Counted from the stretch's first letter, positions 1-9,395 are shown. The stretch: DNA of 41,614 nt from Candidatus Bathyarchaeota archaeon (GCA_963739305.1 CAVTZU010000022.1:1-41614); one strand, 5' to 3'. Made by a program: numbers and translations. The notes: a model not told the origin generated them from the letters alone.

Positions 1-136
1 ATGGCACAGTCGTAAGAAGTTTTGGTGAATGAAACGTATTCGTGCCCAATGTAGTGTTCTCAGTGTGTAGCGCGCGCTAGATCACACTGCACTACTCTTT
101 CGAAAGTCTAATTAATTCACCAAGCTAACTTGAGAG

Positions 137-373
137 GTGGCGAAATGGTTGGCAATTGAAATTGAGGAATTAACGAAAAATCTTGAACCAAAAAACCGAG
201 GGCGTGTAAGAGCCTTAGAGACTGGAGAAAAATACATACTACGGTTCAATGTGGATAGTTTAAGATTACGAGATGTCGAAAATATCCTTAAAGACATCAG
301 GAAAAGCGTGCCAAAAAACTTCAAAGAGAAACGAGTCCATATCCAACTTGACGGTGTTGTTGATTTTCGTTAA
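137..373 (+). CDS. Small hypothetical protein (78 aa)
   Basis: GTG start overlapping GAGGTG RBS-like sequence; AT-rich TATA-like stretch upstream; stop followed immediately by a 14-bp palindrome. Confidence 0.6.
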   Translation: MAKWLAIEIEELTKNLEPKNRGRVRALETGEKYILRFNVDSLRLRDVENILKDIRKSVPKNFKEKRVHIQLDGVVDFR

Positions 374-559
374 ACAGCGCGCGCTGTCCAAGGTAAGACT
401 TTAATAAAGAATCCAATGCTGTATGTGAAGGAGACTAGCAGGAAAGTGATTCGGACAAAACTCCTTTCTCCCAAAGTTTTTTTTGTTTGACGCTCTCCTG
501 CTTCTCCCCTTTAATTCTCCCTTTCCATTCGCGATACAATAATCGCACAATGGTCCTAT

Positions 560-673
560 AATAGTTCTTATAGAACAAAGTTCTATCTCACTACGCGTAC
601 GCTGACCCTTCTTTTTCTGTAATTTCGGGAAATAGAACATAATTATAGAAGATAGGGCAACAAGTTCTATTTC
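560..673. repeat. Cluster of ATAGAAC/GTTCTAT inverted half-sites (operator- or iteron-like)
   Basis: ATAGAAC-AAA-GTTCTAT palindrome at 570-586; GAAATAGAAC (629-638) and GTTCTATTTC (664-673) are perfect 10-bp inverted repeats. Confidence 0.5.
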
Positions 674-866
674 TCTGAGGGCCTGTTATCGCTGCGTTAA
701 AGGACTTGAGACATTAAAACGAATCTACGATAGGGCAGACTTGAAAGTGTTAGCATAACTGGAGTTTTACGCATGAATCATAAGAATAGGAGCATTTTGC
801 TCAACATTTCCATGTCGGTTTTTTATAGCTCACCGTCCAATAGACTGGTGGGAGCATGACCAGGGC

Positions 867-1040
867 ATGGTAAATAAGAAAGCGCATGTCAAGTGTCCCA
901 ACTGCGGTTTATCAGGCACACTCACTTTTGCAGAGGAGCCATCCACAGCATCACAAGAGAAGCCATCCAACCAAGAGACCTCTGTTGTCACAATGAATTG
1001 CCTTCGTTGTGGGACAATTATGAGAGTCCGATGGGAATAA
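867..1040 (+). CDS. Small CPxCG-type zinc-finger protein (57 aa, not in the ORF track)
   Basis: Manual translation MVNKKAHVKCPNCGLSGTLTF...MNCLRCGTIMRVRWE*; two CxxCG knuckles; GGTGGGAG upstream and TTTTTATA at about 820-827. Confidence 0.75.
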   Translation: MVNKKAHVKCPNCGLSGTLTFAEEPSTASQEKPSNQETSVVTMNCLRCGTIMRVRWE

Positions 1041-1339
1041 GTAGCGCGCGTAAGAAGCGCGCGCACGAATGTGGCTATACGGCCACAACGGTCTATACAG
1101 ACCGTTTCGTTATACAGAGACTAATTCTCTGCATGCTACGAGGGGAGTGGAAAGGTTCAAGAAATTGCTAGATGATCTGGAAAACTGCCGATCTGGTACG
1201 CGCGCGCGATAGTCGTAAAAGAACCTGGAATAACGAGCTGGCTCAAAGGAGAAAGATGATATATCTGCTGGTTTTGCACAAATCCATTGGCGCGCGCTAC
1301 AAACGATAAGGGGTTTAAAAGGAAGAAGTATATTTTCAG

Positions 1340-2151
1340 ATGGGCAGACTTATGTCTACGGTGTACTTCTCCGAGAAAGTCAACAGGGAACACTTCGTTA
1401 ACAAGATCTTGGAGGTCTTTTCTGCGCCGTTGCAGAAGGCTAAGAAGGTTTTTGTAAAGCCCAACATTGTATCTTATGAGCCTTATCCGACTACCACTCA
1501 TCCAGAGGTTCTTGAAGCCGTTTTAAAGCGACTCGGCGGCTGCGAGTTAGTGGTCGGTGACGCGCCGGCTATTGACGCGGGCAGATCAAACAGGATTCTG
1601 CAGAAATCGCCTCTGAACGAAGTATGTAGTCGCTATGACGTTAAATTGATGAATTTGTATTCTGAGAAGATGAAGACCGTGCAGAGTCCAAGAGGCTACA
1701 AGGTTAAGGTATCAGCTCTGCCTCTTGCCTGCGACTTTGTCATTTCTCTTCCTGTTTTGAAAGTTCACGGGATGGTCGGTTTGAGCGGCTCCTTGAAGAA
1801 CCAGTTCGGCTACCTGAGCAGACAAGACAGATTTCTGATGCACTGCAAAGTAAAAAGCATAAACAAGGGGATAGCCGAAGTCAACGCCGCGGTCCCAACA
1901 AACCTGTTCATCGTCGACGCTGTGGAAACCATGATAAAAGCCCAGGAATGCAGACACGGAGGCTGCCCCGCCAAGTTAAACACAATGATCGCAGGCACTG
2001 ACCCAGTAAGCTTGGACCTTTTGGGCTAGAGCTTTTCAAAAGGTTGGAGCCAAAATTCGAAAATATAAAAAATCAAGCCTTGAAATACATCGAATATGCT
2101 TCCGACTATGGTTTGGGGATGAAAGATTTTACCGCAAAAGAAGTTCAATAA
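1340..2151 (+). CDS. DUF362-domain protein (Fe-S-associated family); frameshift near 2020
   Basis: Motifs VKPNIV, TTHPEV, ISLPVLKVH, SLKNQFG, DPVSLD; the C-terminus GLELFKRLE...YASDYGLG...EVQ* continues in another frame after the cttttggg run. Confidence 0.8.
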
Positions 2152-2233
2152 CAACGTTTGTTGCTTGTGTTCGCGCGCGCGAAACTAAATGTTTTATACA
2201 AATAGCGGGAAATAAGATTGGGAGAGATGAAGA

Positions 2234-2527
2234 ATGGTGGCCAACAATCACGTGCTGCTCAAATGGTCGAACATAATTGCCTTTGCATTTACAGTAATAG
2301 TAAACAGTTTGGCAGGCGGCACCACGCTTATAGGCGGAGTGAACACAGCTCAAATCTCTGATTCAAACCCTACATTGATTACCCCTGCAGGTTACGTGTT
2401 CTCCATATGGGGAGTAATCTATGTGTTGCCGGGCGTTTTCGTTATCTTCCAAGCTCTACCAAGCCAAAAAGAAAAAGAAATTCTTACTCTGAAAACCAAC
2501 AGAAAACAAACTGGGGACTCAGACTAA
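2234..2527 (+). pseudogene. Truncated TspO-like / tryptophan-rich sensory membrane protein
   Basis: N-terminal NSLA...ISD...TLITPAGYVFSIWGVIY motif typical of this longer multi-TM family; after two TM helices the frame runs into the repeat at 2476 and stops. Confidence 0.7.
2476..2525 (+). repeat. Cassette repeat R0 (~50 bp)
   Basis: AGAAATTCTTACTCTGAAAACCAACAGAAAACAAACTGGGGACTCAGACT; 39/50 identical to R1, ungapped. Confidence 0.75.
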
Positions 2528-2704
2528 AGCAGCAACCTAGGTTCTGTCTATACTAAAGAGTATGTAGTACAAAAGAAAAGTCAAAGTGCAGAACAGAAAA
2601 ACATTGGAATAGGCGATTCAAACTGGCTCAGAAAACTATCAACTATTACGTGCTATTTGTAACGGAAAAAACGATATGAAAATGGGGAAGGAGTTAGACT
2701 TCAG

Positions 2705-3788
2705 TTAAACTCTAAATAGGAAATTCCAGAGTTTTTTCCTTCTCCATAACATTTGGGACATACAAATTCTTTGAAGAGAATATGCTTCATTCTCCAATGC
2801 CCATCTTTTCTACAAGTGGATTTGTTCACATCTTGAACATCTAAATCCTTGCATAGTTTCTATTGAACCACCTTAATTGAAAAACTTCCCACATGTATTA
2901 CAGAGACATTTCTCCCAATTTTCTTGATGGTCTAATTGGAGCATCTGACCATCACCCCTCTGTATTATGGTTATAGTGTAAGAAGTGTTCATCGAATTTG
3001 AAGTCAAGTCTGATTAATGGTAGATAAACTAATTGTAAATTATTAATGCGAATGTTCCTCTCACTTATTTCACAGAGTTTTGTGTATCTCCTGCTATTTG
3101 CACGAGCTATATAGGAAACTTGTTTGGATTGCAATGCCTTGATTTGTCTCAGAGCAAGTTCTGCTTGAATTAACCACTTCATGAGATAACACCTTTCCAT
3201 CTGAATCTTCGTGCAGTTTTTCAAACCTAACCTCTTCACCGAAGTTCAGAAAGTCAGCAATACGAGGTTCTCTAAAATTAAGCAACATTCTCCTATGATT
3301 AACAAACTCATGATGAATTTGACCTATGGACGTCTTGAAACTTTGGTCAACACTATAATCTATCTCATGATATGAATGATAATGGATACTTCTCTTCACG
3401 CTGTTAGCCAACTCACTTGGAGGCTTAGGTGCTGAATCTAAAACCGAATCCAAATATCCTCCTAATCCAGCAATAGTTGAGTCAACTGACGGAACTGGAA
3501 ATGCCCAAACAGATATTTTCTCTTCTATACGACTTCTCTCAACTTCTTTCTTCCTATTCTCTTCACTATCTGCCTTCAAATGGTCTAAGAAGATATTCTC
3601 AACGTATCTGCACCATATTTTGGACCAAATATCTGAATCGCAGAATTCAAACTTTCGAGGCTATGTCTATGCCTTCTATGCGAAGCTCCTGCTACTGCCA
3701 CAGGTTCATCTATCCATGAATGGATGTCATCGCCACGAATACCATATCTCTTCTTTGAATGGAGACAATGTTCTTCATGGTCAGGCAT
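2705..3788 (-). pseudogene. Fragmented multidomain protein: His-rich DUF6915-like N-terminus, linker, Cys-rich zinc-ribbon C-terminus
   Basis: HCLHSKKRYG..IHSWIDE..HRRHRH..QIFG; a shift near 3603 joins VENIFLDHLKAD and ORF 3094-3579; C-terminal CNTCGK, CSRC and CPKC are spread over frames; stop at 2705. Confidence 0.55.
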
Positions 3789-3859
3789 TTTGTTGCCTCA
3801 GTCTGTTGCACTCATACATAGCTTGTGAAACTTTTTATGTCTTGCATATAATCAAAGAC

Positions 3860-3909
3860 AGAAATCTTTAATCTGCACAGCAACAGAAGACAAACTAGGG
3901 ATTCAAATT
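3860..3909 (+). repeat. Cassette repeat R1 (BRE/TATA-like + RBS-like module)
   Basis: AGAAATCTTTAATCTGCACAGCAACAGAAGACAAACTAGGGATTCAAATT. Confidence 0.9.
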
Positions 3910-4467
3910 GTCTCAGCAAATACCACGCTAACTTCGAGACTCAGAAAAGGCTTTCTCGTTGTTGGAATGGTTCTCTTGGTTATGGGTTTCTTCTTTTTCT
4001 ATCTGGCAAGTCGTGTGAATTGGGGTTATGTGACGACACATAATGATGCTGTAAATCTTTTTTATCCCTCTAGGATTTATCAAGATCCGCAATGGGGCCA
4101 ATCCTATGAATATTATGTTCGTCGTTTAGATATACAACCCAACGACTATTTCACGGTAAGCTATCCAGAATCTCAATATTCTCAGATTGGTGGAACAATT
4201 CGCATAGTCTTGAGAGGAATTACGGCGGATGCCAATGAAACGACATTGGCCTTCAATGGCTTTTTTATGTACTACACGAACAACCCGCCCTACGATTTTC
4301 CTTTTTTTGACGTGTATCTTGTTGCTTCAAACATACAAAATGTAACAGTATCATTAACAACTGAACTTGATCATTATGAAACACCACAATGGGCTTTTTT
4401 TGGCATTGGCATTGTTTTTTCTTCATTAGCAATGATTCCAATTTTCAAATCAAAAAAGTCAGCCTAA
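3907..4467 (+). CDS. Hypothetical membrane protein (N- and C-terminal TM helices flanking a soluble domain)
   Basis: ORF 3967-4467 is open upstream; hydrophobic segments at both ends; start is either ATT 3907 (end of R1) or ATG 3967. Confidence 0.7.
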   Translation: MVSANTTLTSRLRKGFLVVGMVLLVMGFFFFYLASRVNWGYVTTHNDAVNLFYPSRIYQDPQWGQSYEYYVRRLDIQPNDYFTVSYPESQYSQIGGTIRIVLRGITADANETTLAFNGFFMYYTNNPPYDFPFFDVYLVASNIQNVTVSLTTELDHYETPQWAFFGIGIVFSSLAMIPIFKSKKSA

Positions 4468-4511
4468 GCCATACCGTACAAAAGGCTCTAGTCAAACTGA
4501 AAGAGGATAGT

Positions 4512-4561
4512 AGAAATCTTTAATCTGCACAGCAACAGAAAACATCGTAGGGATTTGAATA
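4512..4561 (+). repeat. Cassette repeat R2
   Basis: First 29 nt identical to R1; 43/50 overall. Confidence 0.9.
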
Positions 4562-5101
4562 GAATCAGAAAGAGAATCTCGAATTGACTCTTGTTACGAG
4601 TGCTCAGTTAAAGATGGAGATCATTCTAAAAAGAAGGTATTTCGTTGTGAGCTGTGCGACAAGTGGTTCTGTGAGAAACACCGAAAACCCAAGTTTCCCG
4701 CGTTCGTGGACTGGGACACAATATCCGATGTTCAAGGCAACCCGACAATCAAGTTGGTGTTTTATAACGAATATAGGCGTAAAGATGGGCATTCTGACTT
4801 GATTTATTTTCGCAGGACAATTGAGGCTGAAGAACTTGATGAAAAAACAAGGACTCGATTGATAGCCCAAGCACTTGATAGAATGGAAGATGCTATCGCG
4901 AAGAGAGGACCAGAAGAAAAAGAGGGTCGATGGGTCATGATGGAAAATAAACATGGCAGAAGTTTTGAAGTGCCGCTTGAGGTCTATTCAAGTCCGCAAT
5001 ATCGAGAGTACCTTGAGAATGCTGAGACCGAGAAAAGTGTCAAAGCTATAGTAGATGAATATTACAGAAAGTATAAGAAAAAGAAACATTGGTGGCAATA
5101 A
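4559..5101 (+). CDS. AN1-like zinc-finger protein
   Basis: The frame of ORF 4706-5101 extends upstream to ATA 4559: ESERESRIDSCYECSVKDGDHSKKKVFRCELCDKWFCEKHRKP (CxxC...CxxCxxxFCxxH). Confidence 0.7.
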   Translation: MESERESRIDSCYECSVKDGDHSKKKVFRCELCDKWFCEKHRKPKFPAFVDWDTISDVQGNPTIKLVFYNEYRRKDGHSDLIYFRRTIEAEELDEKTRTRLIAQALDRMEDAIAKRGPEEKEGRWVMMENKHGRSFEVPLEVYSSPQYREYLENAETEKSVKAIVDEYYRKYKKKKHWWQ

Positions 5102-5149
5102 CATTAAATCTGCACAGCAATGAGAAGAATAACTAAGGGTCCAAAAATG
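5097..5149 (+). repeat. Cassette repeat R3
   Basis: Shares AATCTGCACAGCAA, AGAAGA and ACTAAGGG with R1; ends at ATG 5147. Confidence 0.75.
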
Positions 5150-5574
5150 AAGACGAGAATATTAATCATCATTGGTATTGCTGTGGTTATTGTAATAGGA
5201 CTCGTATTAACCGTATCAAGTCACACAGATGCAAAACCAGCTTTCTAATCTCAAGAGCTGAAGACAGAATTGAGAGCGCAAACGAGGACTATTCTCATCT
5301 ATAGTTCTGGCAAGATACGCCATATTTTGGTAACTATAGTCTTTTCAAGATGAACTGCACGATCTTTAACACTGGACTCAAAACAGCCCTAGGCACTTAT
5401 CTCGTCATGTTTTTCTACTTTGTCCAAAACGTACCGCCAGAAAGAAATCTACTAAGTCAAATAAATATCCAAGGGCGACAAAGTTACACGTACATCAACT
5501 TTCTTCTGGTTCATAATTTCACAGTTGGAAGAATGAGCTTGGAACCAGCTTGGGGAGACCGCAATCCAATCTAG
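5147..5574 (+). pseudogene. Disrupted membrane-anchored hypothetical protein
   Basis: MKTRILIIIGIAVVIVIGLVLTVSS signal anchor stops at 5248; the frame of ORF 5350-5574 can be joined with one frameshift and one TAG. Confidence 0.45.
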
Positions 5575-5600
5575 AAGAAGCGTACTGAAAACAAAAAGAC

Positions 5601-5648
5601 AGAAATCCTGTCTGAACAGCAACAAAAGACAAGCTAGTTCGGAACATT
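5601..5648 (+). repeat. Cassette repeat R4 (degenerate, no gene downstream)
   Basis: AAAGAC-AGAAATCCTGTCTGAACAGCAACAAAAGACAAGCTAG aligns to R1 with a 2-nt gap in the TATA-like part. Confidence 0.7.
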
Positions 5649-6051
5649 ATATCTTATTAGCGCGCGCGCACATGCCTTATTCCAAAGTAGGAAAAGTGTG
5701 GGATCATCAGTGAATCACTTCGAGATAGTATATATAATACTTTCAGACCCCCTCCCACCCCTCGAAATCACATCTAGCGTTTTTATGCACGTGTGCTAAT
5801 AATTCTGTTTTCTGAACGCCAGAAACGATAGATCATCGCGTATGAATAACATATTTCAAGTGCCAAAAAACCGTCTTTAACAAGTGTTTTTCTTGGCTTG
5901 CAAGTGATTAGATCATGAATTTTCATTGTCACTGCTTTGCTAATGATACGCCTATGTCACATCAACTTCATGTTTTGACAGAATAGAACAATAATCCATA
6001 GCAGTTAAATACTTTCTGAGGCTAGTACTAAACGAGGAAGGAGAGATTGGT

Positions 6052-7273
6052 CTGAAGCATAGACTATCGTCTCTGCTATCTGCGATACTAATAATTACAG
6101 CAGTATTGCTAGTCATTCACCAGCCTGGCTTTCTGCCGCCCAAAGTGGACGCTGCACCCACCACGATGACAGTGGACCCTCAAAACTCCACAGCCTACCT
6201 AAACGCCACGTTAAACATCAACATAACAGTAACAGACGTAACCAACATGGTCGGCTGGCAAATAACCGAACTGTACTACCTCAACTCCATTCTCAACTGC
6301 ACAAGCGCAACAGAAGGCCCATTTCTGACGAGCCTAGGCCTTACATTCCCCATTTTCGACATCCTCAACAATTTCAACAGCACACACGGACGCGTACGGG
6401 CAGCATCCGTCCTCTTAGGATCAGGCAACTCCGCAAACGGCACCGGCGTAATAGCAACACTCAATTTCACTGCCATCGCCACAGGCATGACCGCCAGTAA
6501 CACTCGGAGATACAATCCTGAAGGACAGCCAAAACCAAGACATCCCGCACACAACCATAAGCGGAAACGCAACGGTCACACTGGCACCAGATACAAGTCG
6601 TTGACGTCTACACGCAGCGCGGAGGCGTCGGAGCAAACGTGAGCAGCGACTCCTTTGCACCTGGAGAAACAATATTCTTCAACGCTTCCCTGATTTTCCA
6701 GGGAACACCTGTTCCCGGAATCATCGTCCAATTCATAACATATGACCCACATGGAACGCCAACAGCAAGAAATTCAGTCAGCGGACAGGACGGCGTTGCC
6801 GTTCTCAACGTCACTCTTCCATCCAGCCCGCTTTTCGGTAACTACGTCACCCTTGCCTCGGCAACGGTAAACGGCAACAGCTACAACGACACGGTCTCGT
6901 ACCAAGTGGGCTATATCATCAACATCGTACAGGCAATCGTCTGCAACTCCACGGGCGGCGCCCAAACACAATTTCCAAGGGGAAATCTGGCGTATCTCAA
7001 CGTGACCCTTGAGAACATAGCGTTCAACCCGAAGCAGCTTTTCCTCTTCAATCGGAGCAACCGACGCATCCGGCAACCCAGTCGGCGAAGAGTGGATCAG
7101 CTGCGCGATACCCGCGGGCAAAACCAGCTTCTTGATGGGGTTCCGGATACCCTATTGGGCCATTCCAGGCGTTGGACAAGCCTTCGTTGGAGCCTACAAC
7201 AACCCGCCCTGGGGCTGGAGGTTCAGCGTACTGCCCAGGACACTATCTGCCACTGTCGATATCAGGCGGTTGA
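6052..7273 (+). CDS. Secreted cohesin-domain protein with Ig-like modules (at least 4 apparent frameshifts)
   Basis: Signal peptide; cohesin-like INITVTDVTNMVGWQ...EGPFL...ANGTGVIATLNF; continues across frames as PVTLGDTIL, VDVYTQRGGVGAN, FRIPYWA, GGSAYCP; CTG start after GGAGAG is inferred. Confidence 0.6.
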
Positions 7274-7274
7274 A

Positions 7275-8291
7275 ATGACGAGAAACCATCGCAAAACGGG
7301 TTTCAAGCCCTTGCTCGTTCTTCTAGCCGCGGCCCTGACGCTGGCGATGATCAACGGAGCAGGCTCCGCAACGATTAGCATCACAGTAAACCCTGGCAAA
7401 CCGACCTACTACATAGGAGAACAGGGAACGATCTGGGGCAACGTGACCTTCTCCGCAGGTTTAGGAGGAGGCTTGATTCCGAACGCTATGGTGTCGATAG
7501 AAGTAGACAACTCGAACGGTGTACCCGTGATACTCAGGACCAGAACAACCGGGTCAACGCCCGAGCCCTCGACAATATGGATTCTAAGTGTAACACCGTG
7601 TGACCAGGTTGGAAACCCCAAGTACGTGTTCACAAACCAGACTCTTGCCTACTTCAAAGTCACACTGAACAACACTGACACCGCGCCGAAGTACGCCGAG
7701 ATAACGCTGAACATCTTTGACGCGAGAAACGTTGTATACGAGGCCTTCACAGCCTTCAAGGGCTTGCTAGTCAACGGCACAACGACTATGCTCTTCTCAG
7801 ATCCAATCCCGCAGGACATTTCCCCAGGAAACGCGACAGCATACGTGAACGTGTTCTCCGCGCTTCCGAGTGCCGGCGGATTCGCCTACTGCCTCGAACA
7901 ATCAACCGTTTTCTCCATAGTCGGCACTAGTCCCCCACCGTTGCCGACTCAGGAGCAACCTTTATCAGGCTTCTACAACCTCACCTTCCTCATAGACAAC
8001 TATCAGAGAACCAGAATGTTCCGCCCAGGAAACTACAGCGTCTCAGCAAACTGCAAGTACCAGACTGAAGTTGCCAACGCCACCGCAACGTTTGAAGTCG
8101 TCCTCAGGGGCGACATAAACCGCGATGGAACCGTCGACATCTACGATGCAATTATCCTGGCCGGTCATTTCAACGAGCATCAGCCGTGGATACACCCGGC
8201 GATAGATCCCAAGGTAGACCTCAACGGCGACGGCGCGATCGACATCTATGATGCAATAATACTCGCAAACAACTTCGGAAAAACCGCATAG
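7275..8291 (+). CDS. Secreted protein with C-terminal dockerin type I (duplicated Ca-binding loop)
   Basis: ATG 7275 followed by a signal peptide; GDINRDGTVDIYDAIILAGHF...DLNGDGAIDIYDAIILANNFG. Confidence 0.85.
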   Translation: MTRNHRKTGFKPLLVLLAAALTLAMINGAGSATISITVNPGKPTYYIGEQGTIWGNVTFSAGLGGGLIPNAMVSIEVDNSNGVPVILRTRTTGSTPEPSTIWILSVTPCDQVGNPKYVFTNQTLAYFKVTLNNTDTAPKYAEITLNIFDARNVVYEAFTAFKGLLVNGTTTMLFSDPIPQDISPGNATAYVNVFSALPSAGGFAYCLEQSTVFSIVGTSPPPLPTQEQPLSGFYNLTFLIDNYQRTRMFRPGNYSVSANCKYQTEVANATATFEVVLRGDINRDGTVDIYDAIILAGHFNEHQPWIHPAIDPKVDLNGDGAIDIYDAIILANNFGKTA

Positions 8292-8376
8292 GAGCATGTT
8301 TCACCGTGAGCAGTGTATCAAAAACTCGCAGAAAGCAGCGTGAAGTCCTCCTAAGGAGTGGTACGAACAGAGAAAA

Positions 8377-9395
8377 GTGAACGAATTGCCAAGAACACGA
8401 GTCTCAGCCACAGCACTAGCATTCCTGGTCATAATTCTAGCAGCCGTGACGCTGACCTCTGAAACAAGGGCAACAGACCCCACTACACTGCTCCAAATAA
8501 CTCCGCCTATGCATTTCGTTACGAGCCTAGTCGAAACCTTCAACGAAACCGTCACAATCTCAACCTCCGAACAAGTCAACAGCGTCAACTTCACGATAAC
8601 CTATAACTCTACTCTCCTCGACGTCGTCAACGTCAGTCAGGGCTCATTCTTCCCGCCAACACTTTCCGCCCACCTATTTCACGTACACGCAGGATTCAGC
8701 GGCCGGCACCATCAACATCGACGATGAACTCCTCGACCCACAAACCCAAACCGGAAACGGAACCTTAGCAACCGTGACATTCATACCGAAAATAGATCCC
8801 AAATCATTCGCCTTCACCCCAATAATGCTTAGTCAAATTCTGATCCTAAACGCCGTGCACCTGCCACTCACTTACGACACGCTCAACGCAATGTGCTTCT
8901 GGAAGTACCTGCCTCTTCCCCCGCCGCCCGCTACACCCAGACTAGTAGATGTCTACACGCAAAGAAGCGGAATAGGCCCGAACACCTACGGAGGCGAATT
9001 CGCGGCTGGCACAATGGTCATTCTCTCAGCCCAAGCAACATACAACGGCTATCCAGTCCAAAGCGTCCCCGTCGCCTTCCAAGTTCTAGACTCGAAGAAC
9101 CAAACAATCGCACTTCTGGTGGGCACGACAGACGAAAACGGAACCGCAACAACCCAATTCAGGATACGCTCCGACCAAAACGTCCAAGGAACATGGTGGG
9201 CCATCGCCTCAGTCGACATATCCTGCACAATCGTATGGGACACCGTCAACTTCACAGTCTTCTTCCTACTCCCCGTCGGAGGATACACGACAACTCCGCG
9301 TTAAAAACCCGGACCCAACGCCCCAATACATAGCCACAATAATCACGCTTGCCTTAGCAATGACACTGACGAAACGCAAACTACGCAAAAAATAG
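8377..9395 (+). CDS. Cohesin-like surface protein with C-terminal PVGG + TM + basic tail (frameshifted)
   Basis: Signal peptide; FTITYNSTLLDVVNVSQGSFF; GNGTLATVTF; VDVYTQRSGIGPN; PVGG; then IATIITLALAMTLTKRKLRKK* in another frame. Confidence 0.6.

Noticed and set aside
830-1171. ORFs 893-1171(+) and 830-1066(-)
   Set aside because: They overlap the more convincing zinc-finger ORF 867-1040 and show no motifs
2476-5648. CRISPR array or classical attC integron
   Set aside because: Spacing is 0.5-1.4 kb with whole genes between repeats; repeats are degenerate, lack attC-type palindromes and GTTRRRY cores; no cas or intI gene
5746-5765. C-rich tract GACCCCCTCCCACCCCTCG (and 10745-10760) as further G-tract element copies
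   Set aside because: Lack the GGCC, A7 and CCATGTTGACCAG parts; only compositional similarity
6639-8291. Single 550-aa ORF in the track
   Set aside because: Chimera produced by frameshifts; residues encoded at ~7045-7274 are out of frame, and a new signal peptide starts at ATG 7275
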